64,000 bases of DNA from Sedimentisphaerales bacterium (lineage in GTDB: Bacteria > Planctomycetota > Phycisphaerae > Sedimentisphaerales > Anaerobacaceae). The stretch's first letter is position 1. Each line of letters starts with the position of its first letter. The notes under the pieces were generated by a model. It was given only the letters and a program-made list of their open reading frames with translations, did no database searches and had not been told where the DNA came from. Where the stretch lies: positions 4,800,001-4,864,000 of the forward strand of contig OY970194.1 of assembly GCA_963708075.1 (NCBI GenBank), written 5' to 3'. The translations under genes were made by a program, and so were the position numbers. Below are positions 50,050 through 59,370 of this stretch, piece by piece.

Positions 50050-51189
50050 CTATCGTAGCTTGATGGTGGCCAGGGCCAGGGCGGCGAAGGCGGCGGCCAT
50101 CAGCCAGAAGCGCACAACTACCTGTGGCTCGCTCCAGCCGGCTAGGTGGAAGTGGTGATGCAGCGGGGCGCAGCGGAAGAGACGCTTGCCGCCGGTGTAT
50201 TTGAAGTAGCCCACCTGGAGCACGACACTCATCAGCTCGATGACGAAGACGCCGCCGATGATCAGCAGGAGGATTTCGTTGCGTGTGACGAGAGCGCCGT
50301 AGCCCATCGCGGCGCCGAGCGGCAGCGAACCGGTGTCGCCCATGAAGGTCTGGGCCGGGTAGCAGTTGAACCAGAGGAAACCCAGGACCGCGCCAAGAAT
50401 GGATGCGTAGAAGATGCTCAGCTCGCCGGCCTCGGGGATGTGCGGCAGCAGCAGGTAGCTCGACCACGTCACCGGCGTCGTCCGCGACATCAGCTCGGCG
50501 GCCACGTAGCACAGGATCACCAGGACCAGACTGACCATAGCGAGGCACCCGCCGGCAAGCCCATCCATGCCGTCAGCGAGGTTCACCGCGTTGCTCGTCG
50601 CCGAGATATAGAAGATCGCGATCAGGATGAACGTCCAGTTGGCCAGGGGCAGGCCGTTCTTGTAAAAGGGCACCCAGAGCAGCTTGCCGTCCTCGATGGC
50701 ATGGAAATCGAGGAACAGGAACGACGCGATGAGCACAGCCCCGGCGATCTGGAAGATCAGCTTCTCCCAGGCGAGCAGGCCGTTGCGCCCGCGCTGTCGG
50801 GATGCGGCGGTGAGCTTGAGCCAGTCGTCCACGCCGCCGAGGACCCCGAACCACAGCAGGACGAAAAGAGCCTTCTGGACGAACGGGTTGCTGAGCCGGG
50901 CCCACAGCAGGGTCGTCAGGATGGCCGAGGAGAGGATGATCAAGCCGCCCATTGTCGGCGTGTTGGCCTTCTCCTTCGTCAGCTCGTTGAGGGCCGCATG
51001 ATGAAACTCGGGCCGGTCCCCGATCTTCATGCGCATGAGCCAGCGGATGATCCGCGGCCCGATCAGCAGGGCGATGGCCAGACTCGTCAGGACCGCCACG
51101 ACGGCGCGAAACAGGACATGCTGATACGCATAGAAGTGCAGCGTATCGGCGAAGAAACTGCTGAAATGCTGGACCAGTGCGTAAATCAT
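50050..51189 (-). CDS. mraY: Phospho-N-acetylmuramoyl-pentapeptide transferase
   Basis: TPTMGG, DD.LK, SNAVNLADGMDGL, FMGDTGSL, APLHHHF; ATGA overlap with murF. Confidence 0.96.
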   Translation of the reverse strand: MIYALVQHFSSFFADTLHFYAYQHVLFRAVVAVLTSLAIALLIGPRIIRWLMRMKIGDRPEFHHAALNELTKEKANTPTMGGLIILSSAILTTLLWARLSNPFVQKALFVLLWFGVLGGVDDWLKLTAASRQRGRNGLLAWEKLIFQIAGAVLIASFLFLDFHAIEDGKLLWVPFYKNGLPLANWTFILIAIFYISATSNAVNLADGMDGLAGGCLAMVSLVLVILCYVAAELMSRTTPVTWSSYLLLPHIPEAGELSIFYASILGAVLGFLWFNCYPAQTFMGDTGSLPLGAAMGYGALVTRNEILLLIIGGVFVIELMSVVLQVGYFKYTGGKRLFRCAPLHHHFHLAGWSEPQVVVRFWLMAAAFAALALATIKLR

Positions 51190-52766
51190 CCTGTTCCTCG
51201 TGCGGCAGCGTGCGCCTCGCATGACGAGAAGAGTTCCCGCAGCCTGTCCACCACTCGCTCCAAGCGGGCCATTCGTGAGCCTTTGACCAGGATGATGTCG
51301 TTTTCCTGAATCAACTCCCGCAGGCGGTCGCAGGCGGCTGCGGCATCGTCGAAGCACTGGACTTGGAGACTCTGTCGCGCCGCTTCCTGGGCAGAGCGCG
51401 CCGTGACTCGCGGCGGCTCGCCGATGGTGACGAGCAGGTCCACGCCCGTTTCGGCGACCGTCGCACCCAGCTCGGCGTGCAGAGCTTTCGTCTGCGGCCC
51501 CAATTCGGCCATCTCGCCGCAGACAAAGACCAGTCGGCGGCTCCGTTTCGCGCTGGCAGGCGAGCGAAGATTGCCCAGCATGGCCAGAGCGTTCTTCATC
51601 GACGCCGGGTTGGCGTTGTAGCAATCGTTCAGGACGGTGAGCGTCCCGATCTGCACGGGCTCGGCCCGCATGGCCACGCCTTGCAGGCTCGCCACCGCCT
51701 CGGCGAAGTCCTCAGCGCTCAAGCCAAGCTGATCGCACACCGCCCACGCGGCCAGGGCGTTCTCTACGTTGCCGGGCCCGGGCAATGGCAGGCGGACCTG
51801 CGTGCCGCGGATGGCGAACGTGCTGTGCAGGGCCTCGCAGACGATGCGCTCCGCCCGGTAGGTCGCGTCGGCAGACTTGCCGAACATGCAAAAACGCCGC
51901 CCCTTCGTGGCGAGGGCATCTTGCCCTTGTTCTTTCGTGGCGACGGTGTCCCGCCCTCGAATCGCCGGCAGGATGCCGGCGGGACGCAAGGGCGAGACGC
52001 CCTCGCCACGCATCATCGCCAAGCTCCCCGCGGCCGCGACCAAAGGCTCGATATCAGCATTGATAATGAAGGTTCCATCGCTCGCGAGCCCTTCGGCAAT
52101 CGAAAGTTTCTCACGAATGATCGTGGCGAGGTCCCCGAAACCCTCCAAGTGGGCCGGGTGAGCGTTGGTCACCACGGCGATATTCGGCTGAGCGATCCCC
52201 GTCAAGTAGGCGATCTCGCCCGGATGATTGGCCCCGAGCTCCGCGACGATGATCTCGTCCTGCGGCTCGGCGCTCAGCAAAGTCAGGGGAAGTCCGATAT
52301 TATTGTTGAAACTCTTCCTGGCCTGATGGGTGCGGAACCGCTGACTGAGGACATGGTGGATGATCTGCCGGGTCGTGGTCTTGCCCACCGAGCCGGTGAT
52401 GGCGACGACGGTGAACGGATGTGTCCGCCGGTACTCGCGGGCGAGGTCGCCGAGCGCCCGGATCGTGTCCGGGACCCTGAGGACCGGCCCCGGGATCGGC
52501 TCGCCGTTGACCGTCCGGCAGACGACGGCACAAGCCGCCCCCTTGCGAAAGACCTCCGCCACGTAGCTATGCCCGTCGAAGTTATCGCCGGCAATGGCAA
52601 AGAAACAGTCGCCGGGGTTGATCGTGCGCGAGTCGGTGCTGACGCCGGTGATGCACGGCCCGGCGGTTTCCGTGCCGTCGGGCGCTGCCCGACGCGTGAC
52701 CGCCGCCCCCAGGATCCTTGCCAGCGCCTCTATCGAAATCGGATGCGTTGTATCCGTACTTACCAC
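51186..52766 (-). CDS. murF: UDP-MurNAc-tripeptide:D-Ala-D-Ala ligase, with a 35-aa repeat-derived insert
   Basis: TDSR, GDNFDGH, TGSVGKTTT, NNNIGLP, ELG..HPGEI, DCYNANP.SM, VKGSR. Confidence 0.95.
   Translation of the reverse strand: MVSTDTTHPISIEALARILGAAVTRRAAPDGTETAGPCITGVSTDSRTINPGDCFFAIAGDNFDGHSYVAEVFRKGAACAVVCRTVNGEPIPGPVLRVPDTIRALGDLAREYRRTHPFTVVAITGSVGKTTTRQIIHHVLSQRFRTHQARKSFNNNIGLPLTLLSAEPQDEIIVAELGANHPGEIAYLTGIAQPNIAVVTNAHPAHLEGFGDLATIIREKLSIAEGLASDGTFIINADIEPLVAAAGSLAMMRGEGVSPLRPAGILPAIRGRDTVATKEQGQDALATKGRRFCMFGKSADATYRAERIVCEALHSTFAIRGTQVRLPLPGPGNVENALAAWAVCDQLGLSAEDFAEAVASLQGVAMRAEPVQIGTLTVLNDCYNANPASMKNALAMLGNLRSPASAKRSRRLVFVCGEMAELGPQTKALHAELGATVAETGVDLLVTIGEPPRVTARSAQEAARQSLQVQCFDDAAAACDRLRELIQENDIILVKGSRMARLERVVDRLRELFSSCEAHAAARGTG
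51906..52010. repeat. Palindromic REP-like element inserted in-frame in murF
   Basis: CGTGGCGAGGGC...GCCCTCGCCACG terminal inverted repeat with internal hairpins; 105 bp = 35 whole codons. Confidence 0.8.
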
Positions 52767-52997
52767 CTGCGATCTTCACTTCGGCGTCCCGGTCGCCTCA
52801 GACATCGCGGCGCGCCCGAAACGCCCCCGGACTAGTTCTTCATGCTCTGTCTTCGGCAAACCGCGTATCAATACTGCAAAAACAGATAAGAGCCACGCCA
52901 CCAAGTGAGAAGAATATACATAGGTCCCTCCCGGGAATCAAGGCCGATGCCGCCGTCCTGCTTGTCCCGGAAGGTGGAATGTGCCAAAATTCGATCA

Positions 52998-53183
52998 ATG
53001 AAGGTGAGAGAAGTCATTAAGATGATTGAGGCGGATGGTTAGTTCATTGTGCGAAGAAAGGGCAGTCATCGGCAATTCAAGCACGAAACCAAGCCCGGCC
53101 TTGTTACAATAGCGGGAAAGCCGGGCGATGAGCTTGCTCCGGGTACTCTGAACAGCGTACTTAAACAGGCGGGTCTGAAATGA
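52998..53183 (+). pseudogene. hicA: HicA mRNA interferase toxin with in-frame TAG at 53040
   Basis: MKVREVIKMIEADG*FIVRRKGSHRQFKH..KPGLVTIAG...GTLNSVLKQAGLK; ATGA overlap with hicB. Confidence 0.85.
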
Positions 53184-53392
53184 GGTATTTGGTCATCATC
53201 GAGAAGACGAAGACAGGCTTTTCCGCTTATTCCCCGGATTTGCCGGGCTGCGTTGCCACCGGCGCCACGAGAGAGGAGACGGAGGAGAACATGCGGGATG
53301 CCATTGCCTTTCACCTGGAAGGCATGCGTCAGGAAGGACTTGAGTCCCTGCAACCGCAGAGCATCTCAACTTATCTGGACGTTCCCGTCTAG
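53180..53392 (+). CDS. hicB: HicB-like antitoxin (short, no DNA-binding domain)
   Basis: Y.VIIE...GFSAY.PDLPGC.A.G.T.EE...N..AI..HLE. Confidence 0.88.
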   Translation: MRYLVIIEKTKTGFSAYSPDLPGCVATGATREETEENMRDAIAFHLEGMRQEGLESLQPQSISTYLDVPV

Positions 53393-53990
53393 TAAGTTTT
53401 GACGAGCAAGACTGGTAATCAAGCCCCGCGAAGGGCCTTTTTTCCGTGGTTCTCGGTGCCCTCCGTGGTTCAAAATTCCTCCCTCTCATTACCACGACGA
53501 ACGCGGAGACAGCAGAAATCATCCCGGCCAGTCTTCTTGGCGTTCCCCGCCTGTGCGAGGGCAAGCTTTGCGTTCTTGGCGAAAGGAAGGTTTGGTTGCG
53601 GCTGAGCGACGCGAAGCCATGCTGGGCTCGTTTCGGATTTCGATATTCGCATTTCGAATTTGACCCACGGTATGCCTTCTCCTGAATCTCGGCCTGCCTG
53701 AGCAATTCCCTGTGCAAGATAGCCTCTTGCCCATTGATCGGGCTACCCTCTTCTGGCCCAATCGGAGCATCTCAAGGAGAAGCCGGATTTCTATCGAGGA
53801 AAGGAGACGCACACAAAGCCCGCCAGGTGGGCCAAATCGTTTTATCCTCCATGTGAATAGTCCGTAATTCCTCGTGGAGGAGAAGTACACATTTCAGGTT
53901 GATGTGCGGAGGTAATGCCATGTGAAGACATGTCTTGTAATTGCGCGATTTGGATCAAGAGGGCACCAACATATTTTGGGGGGCACAGAG

Positions 53991-55859
53991 ATGAGGAACG
54001 TAATGATAGTGTTGGTCTTGAGTGTGGTGTTCGTATGCGCTCATGCTAGTCATGGCGCGCTAACGGATGGGCTGATTGGATACTGGACCCTTGACGAAGG
54101 CACCGGAACAGTTGCCCACGATTCAGTTGGTGGAAATGATGGAACCCTGGCGGGATTTACTGGCACCCCAGAGTCCGGTTGGACGGGCGGCAAGTTCGAG
54201 GGAGGACTTGCCTTTCATGCGATCGGAGACCATGTTCTAACTCCACTGCAGCCCCCGGCTGGCGCTAACCCAAGGACAATTGCATATTGGGCGAAAACGA
54301 CGAGATCAACATCGACCAACCCGGATACTATGACAACCGTTGGCTACGGCGCAACTTTGTACCATGGCGCAGTATTCACGACAGGTTTCAATTATCATGG
54401 TGAGGGGGTGACTATTGACGTCTGGTATGGAGCAGTGACCTATTCCGCGAGCGTGGGTGATGGTAACTGGCACTTCTATACATGGGTTGTTCCAGAGGGT
54501 ACGCGCATTGTCGCGGACGTCAAAGTATACATGGATGGGGTTCGCTTAACGGCAGTCCGTTCATCGTATTCGCCCTGGCAGACACTGAACACAGCTTCAG
54601 TTGGCCCGCTGGACATAGGAACGAACTCGTTTGACGGCGCTCTGGATGAAGTGCGTGTCTACAATCGCGCGCTCTCCGACGCTGAAATCGTTGAACTCTA
54701 CGCCTATTCGCCGCATGCCAATTCTGCTCCTGCTGCAAACGCAGGTCCGGATCAGATGGTGGAGCAAGCCGGCCCTGGGGGGACACAAGTGCAGTTGAAT
54801 GGCTCAGGCTCTTCCGACCCAGACGGGGACAGCCTGACGTACACTTGGATCTGGGCGAGCCAGACGGCTTCAGGCGTAGCACCTACTGTGATTCTTCCGC
54901 CGGGATTGACAATGATTACTCTGATGGTCTCTGATGGGGAACTGACTGCCACTGACGCGGTCAATATCACCGTACAGGACACTGTGCCACCAGCCACAGT
55001 CATTAGTTTAAGCGGAACGTCGGGAAACAATGGCTGGTACAAATCTGATGTTGATGCGACGATAACAGCAGACCCCGGACGTGGTTCGCCTATCAAAGAA
55101 GTCCACTATATTCTCAATGGCACTGAAAGCATTGTTGCGGGTGCAGCGGCTCAGTTCACGATCATAACCGAGGGCACAAGCAATCTGGAGTACTGGGGCA
55201 TTGATAATGCAGGCAATGCGGAAAACCACAAGACGACCACCGTGAAGATCGACAAGACAGGGCCGGCCATTGGATGTGCTCTGCCGGACACAGGTCAAGG
55301 CTGTGGCATGTACTTCCTGAACGAAACCGCGCCCGAGGCATCGTGGTCAGCCGCCGACCCCCATTCGGGAGTGGTTCCGCCTGACACGGGCGCGCTGGCG
55401 ATTGATACGAGCGCGGTGGGAGCGGGCAAGGTTCTGCCGGTGCCTGCAGGTCTGGCCATGGATAACGCCGGGAATGCATCCGAGGCAACGACTGCGACCT
55501 ATGCGGTCCGCTACCGGTACGATGGAGTCCTGCAGCCGATCAATACGGATGGGTCCAGCATTTTCAAGCTCAAGAGCACAGTGCCTGTGAAGTTCCGGCT
55601 GGCAGATGCGGCGAGCAATGCGGTCAGCACGGCGGTGGCCAGGATCGTCATCACCAAGATAGACAATGGTATTCTCGGCGACGAGATGGAAGCCGTTTCG
55701 ACATTGGCGGCCACGGGCGGGAATCTTTTCCGTTATGATCCCGTTGAAGGGCTGTACATCTTCAACCTGTCGACAAAGAATCTGTCTACTGGAACCTGGC
55801 AGATCAAGATCGTTCTTGATGATGGGACGAGCCAGTCTGTGATCATAGGGCTCAGGTAG
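53991..55859 (+). CDS. Secreted LamG + PKD + Ig-like repeats + C-terminal PxKF-domain protein
   Basis: GYWTLDEG, FDGALDEVRVYNRALS, ANAGPDQ, SSDPDGDSLTYTW, TVPVKF. Confidence 0.8.
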   Translation: MRNVMIVLVLSVVFVCAHASHGALTDGLIGYWTLDEGTGTVAHDSVGGNDGTLAGFTGTPESGWTGGKFEGGLAFHAIGDHVLTPLQPPAGANPRTIAYWAKTTRSTSTNPDTMTTVGYGATLYHGAVFTTGFNYHGEGVTIDVWYGAVTYSASVGDGNWHFYTWVVPEGTRIVADVKVYMDGVRLTAVRSSYSPWQTLNTASVGPLDIGTNSFDGALDEVRVYNRALSDAEIVELYAYSPHANSAPAANAGPDQMVEQAGPGGTQVQLNGSGSSDPDGDSLTYTWIWASQTASGVAPTVILPPGLTMITLMVSDGELTATDAVNITVQDTVPPATVISLSGTSGNNGWYKSDVDATITADPGRGSPIKEVHYILNGTESIVAGAAAQFTIITEGTSNLEYWGIDNAGNAENHKTTTVKIDKTGPAIGCALPDTGQGCGMYFLNETAPEASWSAADPHSGVVPPDTGALAIDTSAVGAGKVLPVPAGLAMDNAGNASEATTATYAVRYRYDGVLQPINTDGSSIFKLKSTVPVKFRLADAASNAVSTAVARIVITKIDNGILGDEMEAVSTLAATGGNLFRYDPVEGLYIFNLSTKNLSTGTWQIKIVLDDGTSQSVIIGLR

Positions 55860-55986
55860 TCCGCAGCGCGGCCTTTGGCCGCAATCAGATGATCTCGCGC
55901 AGACGCTGAGGCGCAGACAACAGCAGGGTGGAATCGCATTTTCAACTCCGCGTCCCTGCGTCTCTGCTCGCTACATAGATCGTCGC

Positions 55987-56008
55987 GTGGGTCAAGGACC
56001 CACCCTAC
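55987..56008. repeat. GTAG-type REP hairpins; also 18725-18745, 61266-61288, 62477-62498
   Basis: GTAGG foot followed by a short palindrome (GGGTCCTTGACCC / GGTGTGCACGGCACACC). Confidence 0.65.
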
Positions 56009-56145
56009 GAGCTAACCGAATTAGCCTTACTATGTCGCCCCCGCGCAGGCGGGGGTCCAGGACGATTCGATGCGCGACTGGATTCCCGCCTTCGCGGGAA
56101 TGACATACGCGCTGTCTTGGCGCGTTCCTATTATGTTGGAGGCTC

Positions 56146-57603
56146 TTATCGTGATTGGCTGCAGCGCAGGGTTTGCAGACATTGGCGGGCGATGTCTTTG
56201 TCGCTGAAGTCGTGTTTGGTGGTGCCGATGATCTGGTAGGTCTCGTGGCCTTTGCCGGCGAGCAGGACAATATCGCTGGGCGCGGCGGTCTCGATGGCCA
56301 GCTCGATGGCCTTTCTCCGGTCCGCCTCGACGGTGATTCTTTCCGAGTCCGGATCCTCGAACCCGGCCACGATATCCTTGATAATGGCCTGCGGCTGCTC
56401 CGTTCTCGGGTTGTCGCTGGTGACGACGATCCTGTCGGCCCACTGCTCGACAACGCGGGCCATTCGCGGCCGCTTGGTCTTGTCGCGGTCTCCGCCGCAG
56501 CCGAAGAGCACGATCAGCCGGCCCCGGCACAGGGGTTTGAGCGTCGTCAGGACGTTTTGCAGGGCATCGTCGGTGTGGGCGTAATCAACGATGACCGCTG
56601 ATCCGTCACCATCGACCTTCTCCAGTCGCCCGGGCACTCCCTTGAGAGCGGAAAGGCCTTTGGCCACGGTGCCGAGGTCCAGCCCGGCCCCCAGGCACAG
56701 CCCGGCGGCGGCCAGGTGATTCGCCACGTTGTATCGCCCGACCAGCGGCGTCTTTACCCGCTCCCTTCGGCCCTGGTATTCGAGCACGAAGTTCGTGCCG
56801 TTTACGGTCATCGACTCGATGCGAGCGACCAGGTCGGCCGATTCGTCTATCGCATACCAGCAAACGCGGGCCTTCGTCGCCCGGGCAATCGACTGCGATT
56901 CCGGGGCGTGCTGATTCAGTACGGCGGTCGCTTCCGGGGCCAGGGCCGTGAACAGCCGGGTCTTGGCCGCCAGGTAGTTCTCTTTGGTCTTATGGTAGTC
57001 CAGGTGGTCGCCGGTGAGGTTTGTGAATGCCGCCGCTTTGAAATCGACGCCGGCAAGCCGGTCCTGGGACAGGGCGTGGCTGCTGGCCTCGATCACCATG
57101 TACTCGGCCCCCCCATCGATCATCCGGCGCTGGGCCTCGGCGATCGTGAGGCAGTCGGGAGTTGTCAGGCTCGAAGACGTAATGCCCGAGCCGGTGTCAT
57201 AAACGACTGTTCCCATGAGCCCGCACTTGTGGCCGGCAGTCTCGACACAGGAGCGAACCAGGAATGTGGTGGTCGTCTTGCCATTCGTGCCGGTAACAGC
57301 CAGGTTCGTCAATCGAGTGCCGGGATTGCCTCGTTTAGCCTGGGCGAGCAGTCCCGCCGCCTTGGCCGGACTCTCCACGGGAATCAGCAGAGCGTCCTTT
57401 GTATCCCACGGCACCGCATGATCCTGGGCATGAACGACGTACCTGGCGCCGTTGGCGAGGGCCTGGCCGATAAAGTCATGGCCGTCGCAAGTCGCCCCCG
57501 GAATCGCGACGAAGACATCGCCCTTACGCACGCGCCGCGAGTCGATCCGGACCTCCGCAGGCGCACCCGAAGAAATCAGTCCCAGGAATTCATTCCATGT
57601 CAT
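56146..57603 (-). CDS. murE: UDP-MurNAc-dipeptide:meso-DAP ligase
   Basis: DSR, TGTNGKTTT, TTPD, EASSH, DHLDYH, DYAHT, GCGGDRD, SDNPR, GKGHE. Confidence 0.96.
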   Translation of the reverse strand: MTWNEFLGLISSGAPAEVRIDSRRVRKGDVFVAIPGATCDGHDFIGQALANGARYVVHAQDHAVPWDTKDALLIPVESPAKAAGLLAQAKRGNPGTRLTNLAVTGTNGKTTTTFLVRSCVETAGHKCGLMGTVVYDTGSGITSSSLTTPDCLTIAEAQRRMIDGGAEYMVIEASSHALSQDRLAGVDFKAAAFTNLTGDHLDYHKTKENYLAAKTRLFTALAPEATAVLNQHAPESQSIARATKARVCWYAIDESADLVARIESMTVNGTNFVLEYQGRRERVKTPLVGRYNVANHLAAAGLCLGAGLDLGTVAKGLSALKGVPGRLEKVDGDGSAVIVDYAHTDDALQNVLTTLKPLCRGRLIVLFGCGGDRDKTKRPRMARVVEQWADRIVVTSDNPRTEQPQAIIKDIVAGFEDPDSERITVEADRRKAIELAIETAAPSDIVLLAGKGHETYQIIGTTKHDFSDKDIARQCLQTLRCSQSR

Positions 57604-57843
57604 AATGTTCGCATCCCACGCGTCTAACCAGGCAGACGAGTCTAGCCATGAACAGCGCATTATTCTATGCCGTGAGCAACGCCCATGCAACCCTAGGACT
57701 ATCGGCGAGGGGGGCGATTTCAGATGAAAAACGGGAGGACGACTTCTATAATGTACGGACCGTTAGACGACCCGGCTCAGGGAGCCTTGAAGAGCGAATG
57801 GGATAACAGGAGCTTTGCATCGCGTATTTCGGAAGGAATCATC

Positions 57844-59340
57844 ATGACTGGACGACGAGCTTTGATTGGTCTGTGGCTGCTTCTGGCTGTTGCGTGCCCT
57901 GCCCTGGCGCAGGAGGAAACGGAGTATTACGCCCTGCTCATGGAGGGCAAGAAGGTCGGCTATGCGATCCATACGCGCGCCGTGCAGGACGGCAAGGTCG
58001 CTACTACCGATGACGTGAGCGTCACGATCAGCCGTCTGAGCATTCCTGTGACAGTGTCCATGACGGAAACATGCACCGAGACGCCCCAGGGCAAACCCTT
58101 GAGCTTCAAATCCGTCCAGCAGCTCGGGGCCATGACCATGAAGGTCGAAGGCGTGGTCAATCCGGACGGCACGATCGATCTGACGAGCTCGTCCATGGGA
58201 GCGGTGGAAAAGAGCAAGATGGACTGGCCCAAAGGGGCAATGATGGCCGAAGGGCTCCGGCTCCTGACCCTCAAGGGCGGCCTCAAGCCCGGCGCCGAGT
58301 ACGAGGCGGATATCTTCAGTCCGAGCATCATGCAGGTGATCAATACGAAGTGGACGATTGGCGAGAAGAAAGAGGTGGACCTGTTCGGGCGCGTCGTGAA
58401 GCTGTCGGAGATGATCACCATCGTGAACATGCCGGACACCGGGCCGATAACGACTACCAGCTATGTGGACGACGACCTGCGGGCCCTGAAGAACCAGATC
58501 CCCATCGCCGGGATGGTAGTCGAGATGATCGCCTGCACAAAGGAGGTCGCGATGGGCGGGAACGAGGTCCTCGAGATGATCGATAAGATGTTCATCAAGG
58601 CCCCGGAGCCGATCCGGGACGTCCACGAGACCGCGTCGATCACGTACACGCTGAGCCCCGTCGCGGGCGCCACGCTCAGGATTCCATCGACCGACAATCA
58701 GAAGGCCGAGCGCCTGCCGGAGGGTCGAATCCGCCTGGCCATCGAGCCTGTAAAGGCATCGGGCGGGACATTCCCGTACCAGGGAGACGACCCGGCACTG
58801 CTTGAGGCGGTCAAACCGACGCGGTTTCTACAGAGCGATCGCAAGGAGATCGTGGCCCTGGCCCGTAAGGCAGTCGGCGGCACGAAGGATTCGGCCGAGG
58901 CGGTTCAGCGAATCGAGGCGTTCGTCGCTCAGTACATCGAGAACAGAAGCCTGTCCGTCGGATACGCGTCCGCGGCCGAGGTAGCCGAGAGCCGCAAGGG
59001 CGACTGCTCCGAGTTCGCCGTCCTGACGACAGCTCTCTGCCGGGCCGTGGGCATCCCCGCCCAAGTCTGTGTCGGCGTCGCCTATGTGGACGATTTCGGC
59101 GGCATGCAGGGCTTCGGCGGCCACGCTTGGGCTCAAGCCTACGTTGGCGGCGATAAGCAGGGCAAGGGCGGCAAGTGGGTCGGCCTCGATGCGGCATTCA
59201 AGAGCAGCGGCCGGGGCGGCTACGACGCCGGGCACATCGCCCTGGCCGTCGGCAGCGGCGATCCCGGCGACTTCTTCGGCATGGCCAGCAGCCTCGGTCA
59301 ATTCAAAGTCGAAAAGGTCGAAATCCGAAGAGGCAAATAG
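57844..59340 (+). CDS. Secreted transglutaminase-like cysteine protease domain protein
   Basis: Signal peptide; GDCSEFA (Cys), HAW (His), LDA (Asp). Confidence 0.85.
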   Translation: MTGRRALIGLWLLLAVACPALAQEETEYYALLMEGKKVGYAIHTRAVQDGKVATTDDVSVTISRLSIPVTVSMTETCTETPQGKPLSFKSVQQLGAMTMKVEGVVNPDGTIDLTSSSMGAVEKSKMDWPKGAMMAEGLRLLTLKGGLKPGAEYEADIFSPSIMQVINTKWTIGEKKEVDLFGRVVKLSEMITIVNMPDTGPITTTSYVDDDLRALKNQIPIAGMVVEMIACTKEVAMGGNEVLEMIDKMFIKAPEPIRDVHETASITYTLSPVAGATLRIPSTDNQKAERLPEGRIRLAIEPVKASGGTFPYQGDDPALLEAVKPTRFLQSDRKEIVALARKAVGGTKDSAEAVQRIEAFVAQYIENRSLSVGYASAAEVAESRKGDCSEFAVLTTALCRAVGIPAQVCVGVAYVDDFGGMQGFGGHAWAQAYVGGDKQGKGGKWVGLDAAFKSSGRGGYDAGHIALAVGSGDPGDFFGMASSLGQFKVEKVEIRRGK

Positions 59341-59370
59341 GTCCTATCCGTCCTATTGGTCCCATCCGTC

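Noticed and set aside
52770..53900. Possible gene fragments flanking hicAB (52770-52990, 53670-53900)
   Set aside because: Short, no recognisable motif; cannot be supported without a search
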